Of a DNA stretch of 64,000 bases, positions 35,907-44,189 are shown piece by piece (position 1 is the stretch's first letter; every line of letters starts with the position of its first letter). The position numbers and the translations under genes were made by a program. The stretch is from an uncultured Verrucomicrobiota bacterium (GTDB lineage: Bacteria > Verrucomicrobiota > Kiritimatiellia > CAIQIC01 > Lenti-01), in contig CALMNW010000063.1 of the NCBI GenBank assembly GCA_937872095.1, positions 43 to 64,042 of the forward strand, in the 5' to 3' direction. The notes under the pieces were generated by a model. That model worked only from the letters and a program-made list of their open reading frames with translations. It did not search any database and had not been told where the DNA came from.

Positions 35907-36054
35907 CTCGCACGCGCGAGTTGTCCGGCCGGCGGGAATTATGTCACCGGTGTCTTTGAGCGGTTGGAGTGGGGAGGGGCGGGGGCGTGGTGGCCGGGAC
36001 GGGAACCAGATGGGTGACTGAACAAACCGCGCGACGAAAACCATGGAAAAGATC

Positions 36055-36083
36055 CCCCTTCGCCAAGGCTACGGGGGATAAAT
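36055..36083. repeat. 29-bp repeat left of the AT-rich island
   Basis: CCCCTTCGCCAAGGCTACGGGGGATAAAT; 28/29 identical to 40516-40544. Confidence 0.85.
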
Positions 36084-36317
36084 CGGGGGACAAGCGGGGA
36101 GGGCGGGGCGTTCGGAACAAGTGAATTGAGGCGTCCGTTTTAGAAACGGCTCAAAGGGACTTTTTGTGTTTGACCGGAACCTCTAATGGGTGACCCCTTT
36201 ACCCATTTATTGTCTTGTGGCCGAGAAGTTATTGTGACATCTTCCGACTTGAAAACTGGTTCCTACGGCTGGTTTTTATGGGGCCAGGTGTGAAAGAGTG
36301 GATGGAGGAACGGGTTA

Positions 36318-37670
36318 ATGAGTGCAACGAGCGTAGTTGTAATTGCGGCTTATCTCGTTTTCATAGGGATCCCATATCTTCGCAGATTAAAGATCAGTGA
36401 ACGCCATTATGGGGCATTTGCGGTAGGGCGTCACAATTACAATTGGTTTTGGATTCTCTGTGGCTTGTCGGCGACATATGTAGGAGGAGCAGCAGTTCTT
36501 AATCTCCCATCACTTGGATATACGTATGGATGGTACGGTCTAGCTGATGTTTTGCCGACGTCCATAGCTTTGCTGATTAGCGCGGTAGTTCTTGCCCCCT
36601 TGAGCCAACGAAAAAATGCACTGTCCTTGGGAACATTCTTGCGCGGTAGGAGCGGCATTGTGGTATTCACAGTTGGTTTACTATCTGGGGTGGTTTATAC
36701 GCTTATTACCGCCGCACAGATTGTTGCCCTGACAACGGCACTTCACCCATATGTTCCCATAGAAAAGTCAATCCTGGCGACTATAAGTACAATTGGGGTA
36801 TTGGCATATATCTACATTGGTGGTTATGAATCGGTAACGTTCACAGATGTCATACAGTTCTTGTGTATGATCTTCATGTATTTTATACCCGTTGGTCTAC
36901 TCGCCATATTATATAAAACAGAAGTCCAAGTTGCTCCTATCGTAACGACCCCAATGGCGCCTGATTTGATTGTTTTATTGGGTATACCATTGTTGTTTGT
37001 CCCAGTTTCGCAAGACTTACATATCCGGCTACATTCCGCTCGCTCACTAAACGACTCGCGATATGGGACGCTTTTAGCAGGGGTTGCTTATCTATTGTTT
37101 GGGATTATTTCAGTTGGAATTGGGGTACTTCTTGCAAAGCATGGCGTCTATCTTGCTTCTCCTGATGATGCTGTGCCAGAATTCCTGAGAATAACGTTTG
37201 GTGGGATGTCCTTCATTCCAACGATTGCGATCTTAGCTGTAATTCTTTCCACGTTGGACTCAATGATTTTTGCGGCGTCGGCTGCGATAGGCTATGAGGT
37301 ATGGGATACGCTATTCCATCGAAATGAAGATGAGGATTCTCATTCGGCTCAAAGGGCGAGTATTATTATCTCGGCCATTGCCTTATTTATTGCGCTTCAA
37401 GCGCCACGAATTCTTGCGCTAATTTTACCTGCGCTTGTTATCTATATTGCAGTTCTTCTTCCTCTTCTACTCGCCTTTGTTTTAAAAGTCGATGAACGCA
37501 AAGCGGCGATAACCGCGCTTATCACTTTGGTGGTTGTTGCTGTATTAGAGGCGTTCTCAATCAGTATTCCGTATCGAGTGTTTGTGTATACAGCGATACA
37601 CTCTCTTGCTGTCATATGTATGCGCACGTGGAAGTATATAATTGGTGGGAGTAGAGGAAACCCGACATGA
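36318..37670 (+). CDS. sodium:solute symporter (SSS)-family membrane protein
   Basis: FAVGR, LSATYVGG, Y.YGW.G, YIYIGGYESVTFTDVIQF, QD...R..SARS, AVILSTLDS; roughly 12-13 TM segments. Confidence 0.88.
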   Translation: MSATSVVVIAAYLVFIGIPYLRRLKISERHYGAFAVGRHNYNWFWILCGLSATYVGGAAVLNLPSLGYTYGWYGLADVLPTSIALLISAVVLAPLSQRKNALSLGTFLRGRSGIVVFTVGLLSGVVYTLITAAQIVALTTALHPYVPIEKSILATISTIGVLAYIYIGGYESVTFTDVIQFLCMIFMYFIPVGLLAILYKTEVQVAPIVTTPMAPDLIVLLGIPLLFVPVSQDLHIRLHSARSLNDSRYGTLLAGVAYLLFGIISVGIGVLLAKHGVYLASPDDAVPEFLRITFGGMSFIPTIAILAVILSTLDSMIFAASAAIGYEVWDTLFHRNEDEDSHSAQRASIIISAIALFIALQAPRILALILPALVIYIAVLLPLLLAFVLKVDERKAAITALITLVVVAVLEAFSISIPYRVFVYTAIHSLAVICMRTWKYIIGGSRGNPT

Positions 37671-39208
37671 GAAGAAATGTCGTGATATCATATACAAGCA
37701 GCGTGAAAGATGTGGTTCATTGCGTCGCTACCGCGCTGCGAATGGACGGTTGTGAAGTGTTTTTCTATTCGGACGATTTGCATCAGGGGTGGATAAATGC
37801 CCAGTCATGGGCCAGTAATTTCCGGCGACAAACCGAGAAGGCGGACATATTTATGCAAATAATTGGCAATGATCTTGGGTCGCCGATGACTCTTGATGAT
37901 GGGACAACTGCCCTCGCAATGCCAGCTGAACTGAAAATATGCCAAGCAGTGCAGGCCACACAGAAAGGATATCCGGCGTTTCTTGGGTTGAGAATGTTGC
38001 CCAATGGGGTGAATAGTTCTGATGCGATAGATGACTATTTTAAGGAATTGGGCGCGAACGGGCCGAAATTTATTACAGCATCTACCGGGTACCGCATTAT
38101 AGATCATGCATTGACGTTCGTAAGACGTGAAGCCGTTGCAGAGAAAAGCTACATGGAAGGGGTATTGGTTCCCGGCTGTGAATGCTCAAGTATTGTTTCT
38201 GAATTAATGGATTGTGTTACGGGGGAGGATTTGTTTCCTCAAAAGTATTTATATACAACACTCCGTGGCGCCTGTTTGTGGCAATGGTTGGCCTCACCAA
38301 AATCTGGCAGTAGTATTGCAAATGTATACTCCCAATGTAGATTCAGAAACGCCGAGAACAAAGTGTTTGCAGCAATGGCCGAATCGATAAAAAAGTCCAT
38401 GAAGGATAATCCCTCAGGGGCCGAAAAAGTTCTAGGGGTCCTTGTTCTTGGTTGCGGGGATGGAAAGAGGGAGGCTCAGCTTTGCCAGAGGCTTCTTTAT
38501 GACCGCATAGTAGACCGGTTGCGCGTGGTGCTTATTGATGTGTCCAGTGAACTTGTGGAGGTTGCATCCCGAGCTTTTCGTGATTGGGGAGAGAGCGGTT
38601 GCGAGGTGGATTTTGCCGTCGTGAATTTCGAGAATTCGAGTGCCCTTGAAAAAGTCCGGCAGACATATCTATCAGGGCTTCCAGTGTTAGCCTTATTGCT
38701 CGGGAATACATTGGGTAACATGGACGAGGCTCAGTTACTGAGCGAAATTGTAGGCGCTCTTAACCCCGTATGCCTATTAGCGGAAATATTGATGTGTGAG
38801 ATCTCAGATGCCGCAGCAAAAGAGGTCGTTGAACAGCCGATCAGCAAAGAAGATAAGCGCTATGAGTTTATCACAACCCCACTTATTCTTCTCGGAGAAC
38901 GCCCTATAAGGCAAAACTTAACCACTCGCGTGGCGAGAGATGGAAACAAGATTATTCAAACATTTCGATATCATTTCTGGGGGATTGAGAAGGAGATTGT
39001 GGTTGAGGATGTAACTTCCCAGAAAAAAGTGCGTCTAAAAAACAGCTCATGGGTTGATCTGTTGCAAATTAAGGCTGTGACGAAGAACTATCTTGAAAAA
39101 ATTGGGAAAGCGGCCGGGCTCTCAAATATCGTTGTTGAGGAAGAGGAGTATAAACTCAAACCTGAAGCTGGGGTCGTCAAGATGGGGTATTTAATCGGCA
39201 AGGCATGA
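37667..39208 (+). CDS. TIR/DUF4062-like domain fused to an EgtD-like (Methyltransf_33) SAM-dependent methyltransferase
   Basis: N-terminal VVISYTS...ADIFMQIIGNDLGS...PAELK; C-terminal FPQKYLY...G..LW, VLGCGDGKRE, LIDVS, LLGNTLGN; ATGA overlap with the SSS gene. Confidence 0.75.
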   Translation: MRRNVVISYTSSVKDVVHCVATALRMDGCEVFFYSDDLHQGWINAQSWASNFRRQTEKADIFMQIIGNDLGSPMTLDDGTTALAMPAELKICQAVQATQKGYPAFLGLRMLPNGVNSSDAIDDYFKELGANGPKFITASTGYRIIDHALTFVRREAVAEKSYMEGVLVPGCECSSIVSELMDCVTGEDLFPQKYLYTTLRGACLWQWLASPKSGSSIANVYSQCRFRNAENKVFAAMAESIKKSMKDNPSGAEKVLGVLVLGCGDGKREAQLCQRLLYDRIVDRLRVVLIDVSSELVEVASRAFRDWGESGCEVDFAVVNFENSSALEKVRQTYLSGLPVLALLLGNTLGNMDEAQLLSEIVGALNPVCLLAEILMCEISDAAAKEVVEQPISKEDKRYEFITTPLILLGERPIRQNLTTRVARDGNKIIQTFRYHFWGIEKEIVVEDVTSQKKVRLKNSSWVDLLQIKAVTKNYLEKIGKAAGLSNIVVEEEEYKLKPEAGVVKMGYLIGKA

Positions 39209-39251
39209 TTATGAGTACGCCCATTGATGTTTCATAAATCTTATATTGGAT

Positions 39252-40058
39252 TCAGACCCATGTAACCGGGTCAAAAGCCGGATGGTATACGCCAAGAGAA
39301 TGGGCGAATCCATCAAGGCCGGGGAATAGACTGGTGCGAGAAATGTTCATATAGAAAAGTTGTTTCAATGCCTGTGCTCTTATATTATGAGGAATAACAA
39401 TTTTTATTAAGTGTTCCGCGCTATCGAAACCTGACAGCGCCTTAAGATTGTCAGCGAATGACGCCGTAATGTCACCGGGGACAAGGAAGGCGCCCTTCTG
39501 AACTCGAAGGCGTTCATTTAGCCGAAAAGGGTTCAGCGGGCATACTGCGCGAACATATGGCTCCTTAAATAGAATTGGGGAGAGAAGGCGTTCATGATCT
39601 TCTATAAACGGCTCGTTTAGCCTATTCACATTTTGTTTTTTTGCTTGTTCGAATTTCGCAAGAGACTCTTTCAGCGCCCATGGACCATTGCAGGCCCACA
39701 CTGCGGCGGCATCATCAGAGTTTTCAAGCGCAAAATAGGCCGCAACATATATAGAGTAAGTGAAGTCAAGTAGGCGAGTTGGCGCCCCGTGATGCTGCAT
39801 TAAGGACATCCACTCTAGCTCTGAGGATGCTTCTGGAATGTGATGTGAGTACTGATGATAGGTTCGTCGAAACTCACGAAAAAGTTCGTGTTCGATCCTA
39901 GGCCGGTCCGCTTCTGCCACATTATGATGGGCACAGCATCTATCAAGCGAAGTCTGCAGGGGCCATTTCGCCGACTTCTGTCCCCTGTATAGCCAGCCCC
40001 GCTTAGCAAGCGAGTGAATTTCATCCCAGTTAGTGACAAATACTTGTATTATATCCAT
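39252..40058 (-). CDS. FRG-domain protein
   Basis: WLYRGQ....WPL.TSL.R, MQHHGAPTRLLDFT....VAAYFA, NERL..QKG.F, L..MNI....LFPGLDG. Confidence 0.93.
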   Translation of the reverse strand: MDIIQVFVTNWDEIHSLAKRGWLYRGQKSAKWPLQTSLDRCCAHHNVAEADRPRIEHELFREFRRTYHQYSHHIPEASSELEWMSLMQHHGAPTRLLDFTYSIYVAAYFALENSDDAAAVWACNGPWALKESLAKFEQAKKQNVNRLNEPFIEDHERLLSPILFKEPYVRAVCPLNPFRLNERLRVQKGAFLVPGDITASFADNLKALSGFDSAEHLIKIVIPHNIRAQALKQLFYMNISRTSLFPGLDGFAHSLGVYHPAFDPVTWV

Positions 40059-40081
40059 ATTGTTTCTTCATGTGGGGCACA

Positions 40082-40260
40082 TCAATTCGGCAATTCCTTG
40101 TTGTACGGCATCTTGTTATACGCCCTCTGCATTATTTTAAGTGCGCCGGATATTTCGTGATACTCGTCAACCCACACCGTCTGAACCCCAAGAGATGGCG
40201 CATCATTCTCATAATGCGAATGTGTAGTCCGATTGGTCTTTGGACGATAGGATGATGGTT
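40082..40260 (-). pseudogene. possible 3' remnant of a SIR2-like protein gene
   Basis: Start-less frame 40213->40082 reads YENDAPSLGVQTVWVDEYHEISGALK..., resembling SIR2_2-protein C-termini; upstream part appears frameshifted. Confidence 0.35.
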
Positions 40261-40289
40261 GGGGGCAGGTGTGAGCCGGGAACTGTAGC

Positions 40290-40346
40290 GGGGCGGCTGA
40301 GGAGGTCGCGCCACTCGTAATCGGTTATCCCGACGAAGGCTTTCAT
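40290..40346 (-). pseudogene. N-terminal stub of a putative HNH restriction endonuclease
   Basis: MKAFVGITDYEWRDLLSR resembles the M...V..TD..W..L start of that family; similarity stops at the island edge. Confidence 0.5.
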
Positions 40347-40515
40347 TGAAAAAGCGCCGGATTCACGGGCAAAGAGTAGCAAAAGAGGGGCGGGGTGTCG
40401 AGGGCCGGGATTTACCACGAAAATCGCGAAAACTTGCCACGCCACCGGCGTGGAGGCCTAAAAATCGAGAAAACTGGCCTCGCGGCGGGTTTGGAAGGGC
40501 TGAAAATCGCGAATT

Positions 40516-40544
40516 CCCCTTCGCCAAGGCTATGGGGGATAAAT
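40516..40544. repeat. 29-bp repeat right of the AT-rich island
   Basis: CCCCTTCGCCAAGGCTATGGGGGATAAAT, same orientation as 36055-36083. Confidence 0.85.
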
Positions 40545-41111
40545 TTGAGACAAAAATCGCAAAAACGGGCCGTTAAACCGGCGCGGAGGGCGAAAAATGG
40601 CGAAAATGCGGGTTTGGGGGGCGTTTGGGACCGCAAATGGACACAAATTTACGCAAATGGGGGGGGGGCAGGCCGCCAAGGGCGGCTAATTGGCAATTAA
40701 GAATTAAGAATGGGGGGGAGTTAGCCCAAAGCCGCGCAGACGGCGCGGTGGGGCATGAGCCGCGATTAAACGCACGGGGAGAAGGGCAGCCGTTTTCTCT
40801 CGCAGAGATCGCAAAGGTTCGCAAAGGATAGAACGCGGCCGGGGTTCAGCGGTGCCGAACCGTTCAGGCCCATGGATTACCCGCGATTGCGCGCGAGCGT
40901 GCATCGGCGGGTAAATCCATCGGGCCTGGATGCCGTGCGCGGCATCCCCGGCCGATCTTGACGGTACGGAACCGATCGGCGATGGCGTCGCTTCCGCCGC
41001 AGGCGGACAAGTGCGTCGTTTGCGTTGAATGGATCGAACAGCCTCCGGGACGGGGTCGTCCCGGCTCCAAACAGCCTGCCCGGTCAACGCCCGGGCCTAC
41101 AGGGGATCGGA

Positions 41112-41146
41112 CAACCGCTGAACCGTGAACTGTGAACCGTGAACCG
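41112..41146. repeat. heptamer (GAACCGT)n microrepeat
   Basis: CAACCGCTGAACCGTGAACTGTGAACCGTGAACCG; similar runs at 45170-45191, 45711-45764 and 48289-48323. Confidence 0.8.
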
Positions 41147-41151
41147 GCGGC

Positions 41152-43473
41152 CTACTTCTTGGCCGCCAAGGCCGCCAAGATCTTCTCGGGAGTCACCGGG
41201 ATTTCGTAGAATTCGATGCCGATGGCGTCTTGGATGGCGTTGACGACCGCCGGGGCGACGCCGACCACCGGGTGCTCTCCAATCCCGCGGGCGCCGAAGG
41301 GGCCGACTTCGCCGGGATTTTCGACGCAATCGATGGTTTGCTTTGCGGGGGCGTCTTTGATGTTGGGGAAGCGGTACTTCCCGAACGAGGGGTTCAGGAT
41401 CTTGCCGTTTTCGTCGTAGCGGATTTCTTCGTGCAGGGAGGCGCCGAGGCCGATCATGACGCCGCCGGCGATTTGTCCGCGGATCTGCTTGGGATTGATG
41501 ACGGTGCCGACGTCGAAGGAGGAGGCGAAGTGATCGACGATGACTTTGCCGGTCTTCTTTTCGATGCGGATGGCGCAGGCCTGGGAGCCGAAGGTGTACT
41601 CGACGCCGAGGCCGCCGCGTCCGTCGGCGTCGGGGTTGGAGTAGCGCGGCAGGCGGGCGTCGGAGGTGGTATGGACGACGTCGCCGATGGTGATGCCGGT
41701 TTCGGTGATGTAGCCGTGGATGAGGCGCTGGATGGGGAGGCCGAGGTCGGGGTCGTGCTTGAGGAAGACGCGCTGGCCGTCGTAGTCGAGGTGGTCGACG
41801 TCGACGAGGAGGGCCTTGGCGGCGGTTTCCTTGAGCATCTGGATGGCTTTGTTGCAGGCGCGGACGATGGCGCGTCCGCCCTGGGTGGTGAACATGGAGC
41901 CGATGGTCTGCCATTCCCAGGGGCAGTACTGGGTGTCGATTTCGCGGTAGACGCTGATCTTGGCGGGGTCGATCTGGAGGGCTTCGCCGGCGATCTGCTG
42001 GACGGCCATGCGCAGGCCCTGGCCGACTTCGGCGCCGCCCATGTTGATGACGACGGAGCCGTCGGGGTTCATCTTGAGGTAGCAGGACTTGGAGGAGAAG
42101 GGGGCGCCCTTGGGGGATTTCATGAGGGCGGCGAACCCGCGGCCGTAGTAGTAATTCTCGTCTTCCTTGGGCTTGGCGCCGGCGAAGACGGCGGCCTGGA
42201 CCTTGTCCTTGCAGTCGCGGACGGAGCCGTTGGTTTCGTACATGCGCTCGCCGGCGGCGTTCTGGGTGCCGGGGCCGAGGTAGTTCTTCTCGCGCAGGTC
42301 GAAGGGGGACATGCCGAGCTTGCGGGCGAGGATGTCCATGAGGCGCTCGACGGCGAAGTGGCCTTCCTGGTGGCCGTAGCCGCGGAAGGCTCCGACGGGC
42401 GGCGTGTTGGTGTAGACGCACTTGGATTCGAGCAGGGCGTGGGGGAAGACGTAGGGGCCGGTGCAGTTGTGCGTGGCGGCGTTGCAGACGTGGATGCCGG
42501 TGTCGGAAAACGCACCGGTGGAATGCAGGATGTCGGCCTGGATCGCGACGAGGGTGCCGTCTTTCTTGGCGCCGATCTTCATCTGGTGGCGGAAGCCGTG
42601 GCCGATGAGGGTGCTGGTGAAGTCTTCGCGGCGGGAGGCGACCCACTTGACGGGGCGGCCGGGGACGTGGCTGGCGATCCAGGCGACGGTCTGCTCGACG
42701 GTGATGTCGGACTTGTAGCCGAAGCAGCCGCCGATTTCGGGGATGCGCACGCGGACCATGGCGGAGGGCTTGTGGTAGGCGTGGGCGAGGTCGTCGCGGA
42801 TGATGAAGGGGCAGATGGAGGAGGACCAGGCGTCGATGGTGCCGTCTTCGTTGAAGCGGACGATGGCACCGTGGGGCTCGATGGCCGCGCAGGAGCCGTG
42901 CGGATAGACGAATTCGCCTTCGACGACCACGTCGGCTTCGGCGAAGCCCTTGGCGACGTCGCCTTTCTTGAGGCGGTAGGTATTGGCGATGTTGGTGCCG
43001 GGGACGGCGCCGAGGCCGGGCAGGTGCCAGTAGTTTTCGGCGTGGTCGTGGATCAGGACGGCGTCTTTGGCGAGGGCGGCGCGGGCGTCGGTATAGACGG
43101 GCAGGGGCTTGTATTCGACCTTGATGCCCTTGAGGGCTTCGGTCGCGTGGCGCTTGGTGTCGGCGATGACGGCGGCGACGTGGTCGCCGATGTGGCGGAC
43201 CTTTTTGACGGCCATGGGGGAGATGTCGCTGATGTTGTCGCCGTAGAGGGTCTTGCAGTCCTTGCCGGTGACGACCTTGACGACGCCGGGCATTTTTTCG
43301 GCGGCGGAGGTATCGATGGAGAGGATTTCGGCGTGGGCGTAGTCGGGGTGGAGGATGGCGGCGTGGAGGAGGCCGGGAAGGCGGACGTCGTCGAGGTATT
43401 GGGCTTTGCCGATGGCCTTGGAGAGAGCGTCGGGGCGGGTGAGGGATTGGCCGATGTATTTGAATTTCGCCAT
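41152..43473 (-). CDS. xanthine dehydrogenase-family molybdopterin-binding large subunit
   Basis: IGQS..RPDA..K..GKAQY.DD, IEPHG, IGGCFGYK, GAFRGYG, EVGQG, DVG..INP...GQ..GG, GPFGARGIGE. Confidence 0.95.
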   Translation of the reverse strand: MAKFKYIGQSLTRPDALSKAIGKAQYLDDVRLPGLLHAAILHPDYAHAEILSIDTSAAEKMPGVVKVVTGKDCKTLYGDNISDISPMAVKKVRHIGDHVAAVIADTKRHATEALKGIKVEYKPLPVYTDARAALAKDAVLIHDHAENYWHLPGLGAVPGTNIANTYRLKKGDVAKGFAEADVVVEGEFVYPHGSCAAIEPHGAIVRFNEDGTIDAWSSSICPFIIRDDLAHAYHKPSAMVRVRIPEIGGCFGYKSDITVEQTVAWIASHVPGRPVKWVASRREDFTSTLIGHGFRHQMKIGAKKDGTLVAIQADILHSTGAFSDTGIHVCNAATHNCTGPYVFPHALLESKCVYTNTPPVGAFRGYGHQEGHFAVERLMDILARKLGMSPFDLREKNYLGPGTQNAAGERMYETNGSVRDCKDKVQAAVFAGAKPKEDENYYYGRGFAALMKSPKGAPFSSKSCYLKMNPDGSVVINMGGAEVGQGLRMAVQQIAGEALQIDPAKISVYREIDTQYCPWEWQTIGSMFTTQGGRAIVRACNKAIQMLKETAAKALLVDVDHLDYDGQRVFLKHDPDLGLPIQRLIHGYITETGITIGDVVHTTSDARLPRYSNPDADGRGGLGVEYTFGSQACAIRIEKKTGKVIVDHFASSFDVGTVINPKQIRGQIAGGVMIGLGASLHEEIRYDENGKILNPSFGKYRFPNIKDAPAKQTIDCVENPGEVGPFGARGIGEHPVVGVAPAVVNAIQDAIGIEFYEIPVTPEKILAALAAKK

Positions 43474-43976
43474 GGGAGGGCTCGCTTTCAGGGTATGCAG
43501 GATGGGGGAGAGAATGTAGCACGGGCGCGCGGAGGGGGCAACCGGGAAGGCGCGGGGTTTGCGCGGGGCGGTGGAAGCGTTTTAGCAGGGCGGCGGGGAG
43601 CCGGGAAAAGTGAATCGGAACTCATGAAAACAGCCCAAGAGTTTTAAAGCCGGGAATGTTTGCCGCAGAGAGCGCAGAGATTCACGGAGGAGAGAGAAAA
43701 CCGAATTAATAGACAGGAAGAACAGGATTCACAGGATTGGGAAGGGCCGCCATTTTGCGGCGCAAGATGGCGGGGCTGCGTGGTTTCTTCGCGGGCACGC
43801 ACACGGAGCGCGCGTTTCGCGAAGAAATCACGCAGCCCGACGCGTCCTTCGGGCGCGTCTCGGCCCTGTCCTGCCTGAAAACTCGGTTTGTCTCTGCGGG
43901 CTCTGCGGCGGACAAGGCTGTTTGTTTGCGTTGATTCGCGGTTGAATCTCGTCGCTTCGCGGGGCACAATGGGGCC

Positions 43977-44189
43977 ATGAAACCGTGGAGAATATCGCGC
44001 AAGGACGTGCTGGGGCTGAAGTTCGCGTGTCCGGATTGCGGGCAGCACGTGGATGCAGGGCGGGAGCTGTTCGGCGAGTTGGTGGAGTGTCCCACCTGCG
44101 GCAAGCTGATGCAGGTGCCGGACCTCAAGAACGCCCCGGGCGACATGCCGCCGAAACGGATTCCGGCCGCGCGGCGGAAAACGCCATGA
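43977..44189 (+). CDS. small zinc-ribbon protein
   Basis: FACPDCGQH...VECPTCG...QVP; ATGA overlap with the next gene. Confidence 0.65.
   Translation: MKPWRISRKDVLGLKFACPDCGQHVDAGRELFGELVECPTCGKLMQVPDLKNAPGDMPPKRIPAARRKTP

Larger units (their letters stand above)
36180..40290. mobile_element. horizontally acquired AT-rich island (no integrase visible)
   Basis: Abrupt drop in GC (spot counts of three 60-nt lines gave 22, 29 and 31 G+C) and AT-ending codons; boundaries approximate. Confidence 0.75.

Noticed and set aside
11560-36000. Integron cassette array
   Set aside because: Genes lie in mixed orientations, there is no intI, and no consistent RYYYAAC...GTTRRRY attC sites were found. The TATAACAAG/TACAACAAG pair near 40098-40123 lacks a matching right end.
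37667-39208. Ergothioneine biosynthesis gene egtD
   Set aside because: The protein is divergent, carries an extra N-terminal domain, lies in a foreign island and has no egtB/egtC nearby; no symbol assigned.
40550-41110. Short ORFs or an RNA gene in the long intergenic region (also 35697..36400 and 43500..43970)
   Set aside because: No protein motifs and no tRNA or known ncRNA signature; mostly simple repeat-like sequence.
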